DNA of 34,144 bases from Candidatus Nanohaloarchaea archaeon (GCA_041640035.1 JBEQBC010000007.1:1-34144), one strand, 5' to 3'; positions 1 to 8,399 are shown, numbered from the stretch's first letter. The notes: generated from the letters alone by a model not told the origin. A program made the numbers and translations.

Positions 1-21
1 CTGTTTCTGCTCTGTCTCCAT
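1..21 (-). CDS. 5' end of a divergent gene running off the window (METEQKQ...); possibly a transcriptional regulator
   Basis: ATG at 21-19 on the minus strand, about 24 nt from the palindromic TATA at 45-52. Only 7 codons are visible, so the regulator idea is a guess from context. Confidence 0.4.
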
Positions 22-44
22 GGTTACACCTGTGTACCCGGCTC

Positions 45-68
45 TTATATAATGGTTCGTTTCGAAAC
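45..68. promoter_or_regulatory. Bidirectional archaeal TATA box plus a putative operator palindrome
   Basis: TTATATAA (45-52) is self-complementary and lies 24-28 nt from both divergent ATGs. A perfect palindrome GTTTCGAAAC sits at 59-68. Confidence 0.55.
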
Positions 69-79
69 CAAGTAACATT

Positions 80-1015
80 ATGACACTAAAAGTACAGGGG
101 CTGCACCACTTCACAGCCATAGCAGGAAATCCAACAGAGAACGCAAAATTCTATGTAAACAAGCTGGGAATGCGGATGGTGAAGAAAACAGTCAACCACG
201 ACGCACCGGAGATGTACCACCTATTCTACGGAGACAAAAAAGGTACTCCGGGAAGCGGAATAACATTCTTCCCAGGCATGGCAGATCAGCCAGGCCGGCC
301 AGGAGCCGGAATGATAACAGAACTAGGCCTCAGAATACCAGAAAAATCACTGGAATACTGGAAAGAACACCTCGAAGACGAACAAATAGAATTTGAACAG
401 CAGGAATGGAGGGGAAAACAGACGCTCAGCCTCTCCGACCCGGACGGACTCAAGCTCCGACTAGTACCTGTACAAACCGGCGAAAATTATACACCGTGGG
501 AGAACAGCACAGTCCCTGAAGAAAACCAGGTCCAGGGAATGAACCATGTTAAACTGTCTGTAGGCAGAAGTTCAAGCATCGAACCAGTACTAAACAAGAT
601 GGAACTGGAGAAATCTGAAGACAAGTACGAGAACACTTTCTTCGACGCAGAGGACGGATCCTGTGTCGAGGTAGAGGAAACCGATCAGAGAGGAAGAATG
701 GGTAAAGGTTCAGTACACCACATCGCGTTCAAAGCAGGAGAAACTGAAGAAGAAATCGAGCAGTGGCGTGAAAAACTGAAGAAGATAGGTACGAGGCCTT
801 CACCGGCTATCAGCAGGAAATACTTTACATCAACATACGCGAGAACGCCGGCAGGTATACTTTTCGAGTTCTCCAGCATGGGGCCAGGATACACAGCTGA
901 TGAATCAGTAGAAGAACTTGGAACTAACTTCGTACTACCTGAAAAACTTCAAGGCAAGATGGAAGAGATAAAAGAGAATCTTCCGGAGTTCAGAGAGGAG
1001 GAGATCAACCAATGA
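80..1015 (+). CDS. VOC/glyoxalase-family ring-cleaving dioxygenase (MhqO/MhqA-like)
   Basis: Motifs GLHHFTAIAG, LVKKTVN-like MVKKTVNHD..MYHLFYGD, GxGSVHHIAF and YFxSxYxRxPxGILFE are typical of two-domain MhqO-type proteins. Confidence 0.9.
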   Translation: MTLKVQGLHHFTAIAGNPTENAKFYVNKLGMRMVKKTVNHDAPEMYHLFYGDKKGTPGSGITFFPGMADQPGRPGAGMITELGLRIPEKSLEYWKEHLEDEQIEFEQQEWRGKQTLSLSDPDGLKLRLVPVQTGENYTPWENSTVPEENQVQGMNHVKLSVGRSSSIEPVLNKMELEKSEDKYENTFFDAEDGSCVEVEETDQRGRMGKGSVHHIAFKAGETEEEIEQWREKLKKIGTRPSPAISRKYFTSTYARTPAGILFEFSSMGPGYTADESVEELGTNFVLPEKLQGKMEEIKENLPEFREEEINQ

Positions 1016-1620
1016 GTGTGCATGAAGGACAGGAGACATTTGAAGCAGGGCAGGACCTGCAGGAAGCAGATAAAGCAGTATTGATGCTTCACGGTCGAGG
1101 AGCTACAGCAGAGAGCATACTTCAGCTTTCTGAAAGGATTCCAGAAGCTGCATATATCGCACCTCAGGCAGCCAACCGTGAATGGTACCCTCATAGCTTC
1201 CTGGAGCCACGGGAGAAGAACCAGAAGCACCTGGATTCAGCGCTGGAACTTGCTGACTCTTTGGTCAGCGCTCTCGCTGCCGCGGTAGGAAAAGAGAATG
1301 TATATCTTCTTGGTTTTTCACAGGGTGCCTGTCTGGCGTCAGAGTATGTTGCCAGTAACCCTGACCGTTACGGAGGTTTGATTGTGCTCAGCGGAGGGCT
1401 GATAGGAGAAGAGGTACAGCAGTTTGAGGGCGATCTTGAAGGTACTCCGGTTTTCATTGGCTGCAGTGATAATGATCCGCATATCCCGCTTGAAAGAGTT
1501 AAGGAGACTGTAAGGACTTTGGAAGAGATGAATGCCGATGTTGAAGAGTACATTATGGAGGGATCTCACCATGGAATCGTGGAGCATGAGGTAGATAGGA
1601 TAACTGAAATGTTGTCCTGA
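1012..1620 (+). CDS. Phospholipase/carboxylesterase (alpha/beta hydrolase, MhqD-like)
   Basis: MLHGRG, GFSQG nucleophile elbow, DPHIP and a C-terminal His. ATGA overlap with the upstream dioxygenase. Confidence 0.9.
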   Translation: MSVHEGQETFEAGQDLQEADKAVLMLHGRGATAESILQLSERIPEAAYIAPQAANREWYPHSFLEPREKNQKHLDSALELADSLVSALAAAVGKENVYLLGFSQGACLASEYVASNPDRYGGLIVLSGGLIGEEVQQFEGDLEGTPVFIGCSDNDPHIPLERVKETVRTLEEMNADVEEYIMEGSHHGIVEHEVDRITEMLS

Positions 1621-1714
1621 GGTCCGATTTAGCACTCCATTAAAACATTCACTTCCTAATTTTTCTTCAGAGACCGTATTTCCTACATTTTAACTGGTCT
1701 CTGGAGTTTTTGAA

Positions 1715-1939
1715 ATGTTCTTACTTTATGAAGACACATTATATGATGGAGAGAAACATTCTGCTATTCTGGGACGAGCAGATGACGACGAAGAGTACAT
1801 TCAGTTTCTCCAGCCATACAGCGAAAGACTTGAATCTCAGAAGGCTCATGATGATGCGCTGGAAACTATATTTGAGAGAACGGAAGACCTCAGTATACGG
1901 TATACCTCTGTAGAGTATGAATTAAAGAATGATCAATGA
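1715..1939 (+). CDS. Small acidic hypothetical protein (74 aa)
   Basis: ATG ORF with the host-like acidic composition, filling the gap and ending 4 nt from the convergent pduO stop. Confidence 0.5.
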   Translation: MFLLYEDTLYDGEKHSAILGRADDDEEYIQFLQPYSERLESQKAHDDALETIFERTEDLSIRYTSVEYELKNDQ

Positions 1940-1943
1940 TTTA

Positions 1944-2462
1944 CTAGTATTTTGGGTTTTTCTCGTCTACGCCGGCAAGATGGTTTTCGTGTCTTGCCAT
2001 GAGGAAGAATAGGTCGCTTAAACGGTTGATGTAGGTTAGTACTTCTTCACGGAGCTGTTCGCTTTCATCAAGTTCTACGATGTTTCTCTCTGCTCTCCTG
2101 GCTACACTTCTCGCCATGTGCAGGTGTGCTGCGGTTTCACTGCCGCCTGCCAGGACAAAGCTTCTCAGCGGAGGGCATTCTTCTTGGTAGTAGTCACATA
2201 GATCTTCCAGATCCTGAATGTTTTCCTGTGTTATCTTTACATCTGGTTCTCGGTTAGCGAGTTCTGCTTGTAGTATGTGTAGTTCGTTCTGTATTTCCTC
2301 GAGCTCGTCTTCTTTGTTTTCTGTGTAGCTGCGGCATAATCCGGTCAAGGAGTTCAGTTCGTCTACTGTGCCGTAGGCTTCGATTCTTTCGCTGCTTTTG
2401 GATACTCTTTCGCCTGAAGAAAGGTCTGTCCGGCCTCTGTCCCCTCGCCCTGTATATACCAT
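1944..2462 (-). CDS. pduO: ATP:cob(I)alamin adenosyltransferase, PduO type
   Basis: VYTGRGDRGRT, RIEAYGTVDELNS, ARSVARRAER and YINRLSDLFFLMAR signature motifs. Confidence 0.95.
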   Translation of the reverse strand: MVYTGRGDRGRTDLSSGERVSKSSERIEAYGTVDELNSLTGLCRSYTENKEDELEEIQNELHILQAELANREPDVKITQENIQDLEDLCDYYQEECPPLRSFVLAGGSETAAHLHMARSVARRAERNIVELDESEQLREEVLTYINRLSDLFFLMARHENHLAGVDEKNPKY

Positions 2463-2500
2463 AGAAAGGTTTTCCTGTTCGAAAGTAAAAAATGTAACCG

Positions 2501-3022
2501 CTACTCAAGTTCTTCGATATCTTCTACCCAGTCGCTCGGGATATCTGTTGCCACCCATTCAAGGGTGCTGCGCAGAGTGTTCGCCTGATTGAAGTACATA
2601 GTACCTTCTTCGAAATCGATCTCGTCATAATTACTAGCTACTTCCCGAGGTGAGTAACCTTCAATTCTGTCCAAGCTGTCGAATGGTACAGCAAGTTCAA
2701 TTAGGTAAGTCTCGTCTACTGGTTTTCTGGATGCATGATCTCTGGCCTCCTCCTCTGAAGTGGTGAAGTACAGAGGGAAATCCTTGCTTAGACCGTTAGG
2801 AGCGGTTTTATTATCCATATCTGCACCTATACTTTCCAGATTCTCGCGGGAGTCGCCTCGGTAAAGATGTAGTACTTCGTTTGATCTATCTACAGTTTCC
2901 TGTTCCTCTGCTAACTGATCTAGTTCTCCGAACGCGTATCCTATTGCCTCCGGGATTGTTGATTTACTGTATTCTATACCTTCAGCGTATAGGTGCGGAA
3001 GGTCTTCGGAAGGCTCATCCAT
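2501..3022 (-). CDS. Hypothetical protein with a probable ADP-ribosyltransferase-like fold
   Basis: Ordered motifs LHLYRG / PLYFTTSEEEARDHA / YLIELAVP / LEWVATDIP. The likely start is MDEPSED at 3022; the ORF track starts at 3046. Confidence 0.6.
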   Translation of the reverse strand: MDEPSEDLPHLYAEGIEYSKSTIPEAIGYAFGELDQLAEEQETVDRSNEVLHLYRGDSRENLESIGADMDNKTAPNGLSKDFPLYFTTSEEEARDHASRKPVDETYLIELAVPFDSLDRIEGYSPREVASNYDEIDFEEGTMYFNQANTLRSTLEWVATDIPSDWVEDIEELE

Positions 3023-3096
3023 AATGTTGTTTTCAACAAGCAACAATAAATATTCTGTCCGATTTTTTATATCGCTTCGCCGACCTTAACAACGAT

Positions 3097-4248
3097 GTGA
3101 AACTCCACGAGCACGAAGCCAAACAGATCCTGGAAGAATACGGACTTAACACACCTTCACAGGAACTGGAGGAAAACAAGGAGTATGTAGTGAAAGCACA
3201 GGTCATGGCAAATAACAGGAAAGAAATCGGAGCTATCAAGTTCGCAAAAGACCTGGAGGAAGCAGAAGCGCTCAAACAGGAGATAACTGGCGCAGAGTTC
3301 AAAGGAGTAGAAGCTGAAAAAATTTTGATCGAGGAGAGAATGAATATTGGGAAAGAATACTACGCATCCTTCATGTACGACACAGACAGCAGAAGCCCCG
3401 TCATGATGTTCTCAAAAGAAGGTGGAACAGGGGTAGAAGACAGAGAAGCAGAAAAACTTGAACTACCGGATGATTCACAGTTCAGATTCAGGCAGTTCCT
3501 CAAAGAACAGGGAGTAGAAGGAAAAACACTAGTAAAACTAGGAGCCACACTACAGAAACTATTCAAAGCATTCCTGGAAGAAGACGCAAGACTACTGGAA
3601 GTCAACCCATTAGCCAGCACCGACAAAGGATTCACAGTAGTCGACGCCATGATGGAACTGGAAGACGACGCATCATACAGAAGAGACAGAGAATTCCCAG
3701 AAAGAACAGCAACGGGGGAGGAAAAAACCGAGAGAGAACTAAGAGCCGAAAAAATAGATGAGGACGACCACAGAGGAATAGCAGGAAAATACACAGAACT
3801 CGAAGGCGATATCGGAATGATGCTAGCAGGCGGAGGAGCCAGCCTAACAAACATGGACGCATTGATAGAGTACGGCGGCGAACCAGCCAACTATACAGAG
3901 TATGGAGGAAATCCGCCGACAGAAAAAGTCTACCGGCTATCCAAAGTCATTATGAGCAAACCCGGTCTCAACGGGCTCTGGCATGTAGGGGGAACCGCAA
4001 ACAATACAGATATCTACAGAACGATGAAAGGGTTCGTACAGGCGCTGGAAGAAGTTGAACCCGATTACCCGATAGTAATACGCCGTGATGGCCCGAACGC
4101 AGACAAAGCATTTGAGCTGCTTAGGGAAAAGAAAGAAGAGCTAGGTCTGGATATGAAGCTGTTTAGAAACGATAAACCGATGACTGAAAGCGCCGAGGAT
4201 CTGATGGAGATGGTTGAAAAGTATAAAGAGGAGCAGAAAGATGAGTAA
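3097..4248 (+). CDS. Citryl-CoA synthetase / ATP-citrate lyase beta-type subunit (SucC-like ATP-grasp plus ACL-type citrate-binding domain)
   Basis: KLHEHEAK, VVKAQ, EYY and LEVNPL of the SCS-beta superfamily. The C-terminal MLAGGGAS, PANYTEYGGNP, GGTANNT and IRRDGPN match ACL rather than SucC (NGAGLAM, ANFLDVGG, VRLEGNN). Confidence 0.8.
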   Translation: MKLHEHEAKQILEEYGLNTPSQELEENKEYVVKAQVMANNRKEIGAIKFAKDLEEAEALKQEITGAEFKGVEAEKILIEERMNIGKEYYASFMYDTDSRSPVMMFSKEGGTGVEDREAEKLELPDDSQFRFRQFLKEQGVEGKTLVKLGATLQKLFKAFLEEDARLLEVNPLASTDKGFTVVDAMMELEDDASYRRDREFPERTATGEEKTERELRAEKIDEDDHRGIAGKYTELEGDIGMMLAGGGASLTNMDALIEYGGEPANYTEYGGNPPTEKVYRLSKVIMSKPGLNGLWHVGGTANNTDIYRTMKGFVQALEEVEPDYPIVIRRDGPNADKAFELLREKKEELGLDMKLFRNDKPMTESAEDLMEMVEKYKEEQKDE

Positions 4249-4906
4249 GATTCCTGTGTTTGATATTGGAGATACGCTGATTCCTTCAAGCGAGAACATC
4301 AATCAGGCGGTAAACAAGCAACTGGAGAAAGAAGGGGTAGAAGAGAAGCCCTTTTTCCCGATCAACGACTTTAACATCTACAAGGTGGAAGATGTACGGG
4401 CCTGGCTGGACAAACACGGTATAGATGCCGATGCTGAAGCAATCAGAGACGCTTACCTTGACTGGAAGGACGATTACTTCAAGCGTTCAGGTATACTCAA
4501 GGAACTGAAGAAACTGAATGAGGAATACGGACCTATCGGCTTCATAAGTGACAACAGTTTGGAAGCACGGGAATACTATACAGAGGTCTTCAAAAGACAC
4601 GGTTTGGATTACAGTGGTTTCGTGGTGTCTGAGCAGGTTGGAGCGGAGAAACCAGATCCGGCGATATTTAAGGCATTTCTGGATGAGCGAAGTGAACCAT
4701 CAGAGAAATTTGTCTACTTCGGAAACTATGTGGAAAGAGACAGAGGAGCTGAAAAAGTTGGAATGGGCTTTGTCTGGGTCAAACAGTTCCATACATTTGA
4801 CTCTGAAACCGATAAGAGCCCTCAGATACAGAATCTATCCTACAGGACGGTCAAAGAATCGCTTGAAAAAATTTCAATAGGAAACGGAGATGAAAACAAC
4901 CTATGA
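4241..4906 (+). CDS. HAD-superfamily hydrolase
   Basis: FDIGDTL (motif I), VGAEKPDPAIF (III) and YFGNYVERD..A..VGM (IV, with Asn in place of Asp). The ATG at 4241 overlaps the upstream stop. Confidence 0.85.
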   Translation: MSKIPVFDIGDTLIPSSENINQAVNKQLEKEGVEEKPFFPINDFNIYKVEDVRAWLDKHGIDADAEAIRDAYLDWKDDYFKRSGILKELKKLNEEYGPIGFISDNSLEAREYYTEVFKRHGLDYSGFVVSEQVGAEKPDPAIFKAFLDERSEPSEKFVYFGNYVERDRGAEKVGMGFVWVKQFHTFDSETDKSPQIQNLSYRTVKESLEKISIGNGDENNL

Positions 4907-5793
4907 GCATACTGGTAGATGAGAACACAAAAGTACTTGTCCAAGGGATTACTGGCAGAGAGGCAAGTGAAAAAGTACCGGAGATGATCGAGTACGGAAC
5001 CGAAGTCATTGCAGGCGTAACACCCGGCAAAGGAGGACAGAAAGTCGAAGGAGTCCCGGTCTATGACACGGTCGCGGAAGCTCTCTCACAGCACCCAGAG
5101 ATAAACACCTCACTCATCTATGTACCACCCTTCGCAGCCAAAGACGCAATACTGGAAGCACTGGAAAACGGCATCAAAACACTGAATGTAATCACAGAAA
5201 GAATACCAACACGAGACGCATGGAAGATATACCAAGAAGTCCAGAAACACGACGCCAGTTTGGTAGGGCCAACCTCAGTAGGAATAATAACACCTGAAGA
5301 AACCAAACTAGGGCCGATCGGCGGAAACGAACCAGAAAAAGTCTACAAAAGCGGCAAAGTAGGGATAATTTCCAAGTCGGGTGGAATGACAACTGAGACG
5401 GCCTGGGTGGTTAGACAGGCAGGATACGGTGTATCAACAGCAGCAGGTCTCGGAGGCGATGTAATCGCAGGAACAACCTTCGAAGACGCCCTTAAAATGT
5501 TTGAAGAAGACGATCAGACTGAAGCAGTTGTCATGTATGGAGAGCTTGGAGGAACTTACGAGGAGAAAGCAGCAGAACTACTCGAGAACAACGGTTTCAC
5601 CAAGCCCTTGATTGCTTTCATAGCTGGAAATTTCACTGAAGACATGCCTTCACGGCAGTACGGTCACGCAGGAGCAGTGATAAGAGGAAACCGCGGGAAA
5701 CCCTCACACAAGAAAAAGAAACTGGCTGAAGCTGGAGCACATGTAGTCGATGTACACCACGAGATAGGTGATAAGCTTAACCAGCTTCTCTGA
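4903..5793 (+). CDS. CoA-binding alpha subunit (SucD-like; probable citryl-CoA synthetase small subunit)
   Basis: VLVQGITG, GVTPGKGG, ISKSGGMT, YGELGG and the phospho-His motif YGHAGA. Confidence 0.88.
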   Translation: MSILVDENTKVLVQGITGREASEKVPEMIEYGTEVIAGVTPGKGGQKVEGVPVYDTVAEALSQHPEINTSLIYVPPFAAKDAILEALENGIKTLNVITERIPTRDAWKIYQEVQKHDASLVGPTSVGIITPEETKLGPIGGNEPEKVYKSGKVGIISKSGGMTTETAWVVRQAGYGVSTAAGLGGDVIAGTTFEDALKMFEEDDQTEAVVMYGELGGTYEEKAAELLENNGFTKPLIAFIAGNFTEDMPSRQYGHAGAVIRGNRGKPSHKKKKLAEAGAHVVDVHHEIGDKLNQLL

Positions 5794-5840
5794 TATCTAC
5801 AGTCCCAAGATATAATTCTCAAGGAATTCAACTGCTTCAC

Positions 5841-6230
5841 ATGTACGGAATAACCAGAAAGATCGGGGAAGAAGATTTCGAAGAGGTACGGGATAGAACG
5901 GAAGAACGGCTTTCAGAGCACGGATTCGGAGTTCTATCTGAAATCAATGTACAGGAAAAACTTGAGAAAAAACTGGATGTACAGTTTCAGGATTACACCA
6001 TTCTCGGTGCTTGCAGTCCTTCTCATGCATATGAGGTGTTGAATGAGGAAACGAAGCTTGGCTTGCTTCTGCCTTGTAATGTTATAATCTACAGAGAGGA
6101 AGGAGAGGTCTATGTGTCAGCTGTTGATCCTGAAAAACTTCTTGAAGTAGCGGAGAACGACGATCTGGAGCCGGTAGCTGAGGAGATAAGAGAAAAACTG
6201 GTTTCCGTCGTGGAAGAAGTACAGGGATAA
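5841..6230 (+). CDS. DUF302 family protein
   Basis: GFGVLSEINVQ..L..KL, YTILGACSP and GLLLPCNVIIY. Confidence 0.9.
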   Translation: MYGITRKIGEEDFEEVRDRTEERLSEHGFGVLSEINVQEKLEKKLDVQFQDYTILGACSPSHAYEVLNEETKLGLLLPCNVIIYREEGEVYVSAVDPEKLLEVAENDDLEPVAEEIREKLVSVVEEVQG

Positions 6231-6267
6231 AAGAAGAAAAGAGACAGAAAGTTATTGACTTGTGTTT

Positions 6268-6915
6268 TTACCGGTCTGCTCTCAACAGCTTACCGTAGTA
6301 CACTCCTGTGAATATCACGAGAACTCCGAGTACTGTAAAGAACTCGACAACCATGTACTGTACTGGTCCGGATGCAGCTCCGTGTAGAGGTCCTGAGACC
6401 GCAAGGACAAGGAATCCTAGTGCCATCAGGATCAGTTTCTTTCTTCTCACTCCTTCGCTATTCCTTGCCATGTTCAGGAACACTAAGGTTCCCATTCCAA
6501 CCCAGACGACTAGTGAGGGGATCGCAATCACAGGGACTATTTGAGCCCATGCGGAGATCTGCAGGTGCATCGCTATTCCTCCGGCCAGAAGCAGTCCTCC
6601 GAAGACATACTCCGTCCATTCTGGCTTGTAGATGTAGGTCGCTATCCTCGAGAAGTATGCCAGGCTGATGTACATGAACATGTGTGCGAATACAAGGATG
6701 CCTGTCAACTCGGTGCTTCCAAGGTTGGGGTAAAGTACTCTGGAGCCCAGTATAAGCTGGAAAAGCGCGAAGAAGGCAAAAGATTTGTAAAGCATCTCTA
6801 TAGTGTGAATGCCTTCTTCTTTGGTCGTTTTCCAAAACTTAAGAGATATCAGACCGGTTACGAAAGCCATAATAAGGCTTCCGATATTGCTGATCATGAC
6901 TGGTTCTAAAGCCAT
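6268..6915 (-). CDS. Seven-TM membrane protein, sensor-like, with no cytoplasmic domain
   Basis: About 7 hydrophobic segments with a basic loop (VRRKK) before TM6. The likely start is MALEPV at 6915; the ORF track starts at 6978. Confidence 0.7.
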   Translation of the reverse strand: MALEPVMISNIGSLIMAFVTGLISLKFWKTTKEEGIHTIEMLYKSFAFFALFQLILGSRVLYPNLGSTELTGILVFAHMFMYISLAYFSRIATYIYKPEWTEYVFGGLLLAGGIAMHLQISAWAQIVPVIAIPSLVVWVGMGTLVFLNMARNSEGVRRKKLILMALGFLVLAVSGPLHGAASGPVQYMVVEFFTVLGVLVIFTGVYYGKLLRADR

Positions 6916-7144
6916 AACAGAACAGTGTAAATTATCAAACAAATTATTTTCGGTCGCTATCAAGAAAAATACGCTCATTTATCTCTTATTCAAGCACCTA
7001 ATCCGCTTTCAGCTCGGAAAAGAAGATTTTATTTGGTTAAAAATATTTATGGTAAATAAATCGAAATTCTAGGTCTTCTCCACTAACCGAATAGGAACAA
7101 GGAATATCAATATCAACGGTCCAATGGTTTCCTAGGTGTACAAA

Positions 7145-7846
7145 ATGACAGATTGGGAGACAGAGATAGCATCAAGTGGTGAAGATGCAGTTATCAGAGG
7201 AAAACCGTTGGAGGAAGTGATGGAGATGGATTTCGCTGATGCTATCTGGATGCTTTTGAAGGGAGAAGAACCTTCTGAAGAGGAATCAGAAATATTCAAT
7301 ACTATACTAAGTTCATCGATAGATCACGGTGTAGGAAACCCGAGCACAGTATCTGCTCGAACAGTTCAGAGCGGAGGGAACGATATGAATACCTCTGTAG
7401 GTGCTGGAGTGCTAGCACTTGGAGATAAACATGGAGGAGCTATTGAAGAATGCATGAATCTTCTGCAGTCCGATAAAAGTGCTGAAGAGATAGTCGGTGA
7501 AAAACTTGAGGCGGGCGAAAAAATTCCTGGTCTAGGACATAAGGTCTACAGTGAGGAAGATCCTCGCGCTTCAAAAATTCTGGAGAAAGCTGAAGAACTC
7601 GGTTTGGCTGGTCCGGCTGTAGAGAAGATGCAGGAAATCCAGAGTGTCTTCGCAGAGCGAAAGGTCGACCTCGTCATGAATGTTGACGGTGCAATCGCTG
7701 CTGTTATGAGCGACTTGGAGTGGAGCCCTGAGCTTGGAAAAGGGTTCTTCATTATCGCAAGGACTCCTGGTCTCGTGGCGCATGTACATGAGGAGATGGG
7801 TGAAGAGGACTTCAGACGGGAAGAAGGAGAGTACAAAGGAAAATAA
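7145..7846 (+). CDS. ccl: Citryl-CoA lyase (citrate-synthase fold, short type)
   Basis: W.TEI start, IRG, IDHG..PST..AR, GDKHGGAIE, IPGLGHKVY..EDPR, NVDGAIAA and FIIARTPGLVAH. At ~233 aa it is too short for a citrate synthase. Confidence 0.88.
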   Translation: MTDWETEIASSGEDAVIRGKPLEEVMEMDFADAIWMLLKGEEPSEEESEIFNTILSSSIDHGVGNPSTVSARTVQSGGNDMNTSVGAGVLALGDKHGGAIEECMNLLQSDKSAEEIVGEKLEAGEKIPGLGHKVYSEEDPRASKILEKAEELGLAGPAVEKMQEIQSVFAERKVDLVMNVDGAIAAVMSDLEWSPELGKGFFIIARTPGLVAHVHEEMGEEDFRREEGEYKGK

Positions 7847-7868
7847 AAAATCGAGATGAGGCTTTCTT

Positions 7869-8399
7869 TTACCTCATCTTGCTGTTCATATCTTTCAGAA
7901 CCTTTTTAATCTCTCTGAGCTCTCTTACGACTTCTTCATTGCTAACCTGGTTGCCTGATTGCTGAGTCTGGCTCTGGCTGGAGCTGTGGTCCAGTCGCTG
8001 GTTGACTATGTCTTCTACCTTTCTCGGGTCGTCGATGCTGTTGAAACGCATCTCAACACCTTGTCCTCCAGCGGTACTTATCTCGATGCTTCCGAAGTCG
8101 AAGTAGTTACCGAAGATTCCCTGACTGAAGGAAATGTTCTGAACCTTGTCGAAACCGATCTTCTGAACGCTTCGGGACATTATACCGGTCTTCTTGTACA
8201 GTCCCTGATTTGTCACTACAAAGCTCGTGTTCACTACATTCAGGTACGATCCAATGATCATCAGTATTCCTATACCCACGAAAACAAAAGGTATGGAGAT
8301 TATTGCGACCGGTAGAATGCTTTTCAGGCGAGGTCTGCCCTGCCAGAGAACTTTCTCGTTCTCATCAAGGTTAGCCCAGTCTATATTTGTCTCTGCCAT
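7869..8399 (-). CDS. Membrane-flanked bacterial/archaeal PH-domain protein (bPH_2-like)
   Basis: L..NEKVLW.GRP, a TM hairpin, then VVTNQ.L....GI.SR....I.FDKVQNI...QG.....FDFGSI.I.TAG, and a C-terminal helix. Confidence 0.85.
   Translation of the reverse strand: MAETNIDWANLDENEKVLWQGRPRLKSILPVAIISIPFVFVGIGILMIIGSYLNVVNTSFVVTNQGLYKKTGIMSRSVQKIGFDKVQNISFSQGIFGNYFDFGSIEISTAGGQGVEMRFNSIDDPRKVEDIVNQRLDHSSSQSQTQQSGNQVSNEEVVRELREIKKVLKDMNSKMR

Noticed and set aside
3360-3890. 176-aa minus-strand ORF
   Set aside because: Ser-rich antisense shadow of an acidic gene.
3097-5793. Plain succinyl-CoA synthetase (sucCD)
   Set aside because: The beta C-terminal motifs are ACL-type and a citryl-CoA lyase is nearby. 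This is not fully excluded without an assay.
6268-6915. Microbial rhodopsin
   Set aside because: No Schiff-base Lys in helix 7 and no RY.DW-type helix 3 motif.
7025-7062. Imperfect inverted repeat in the AT-rich spacer
   Set aside because: Short and low-complexity, so expected by chance in AT-rich DNA.
7145-7846. Citrate synthase
   Set aside because: Too short (~233 aa), and it has CCL-type motifs such as NVDGAIAA.
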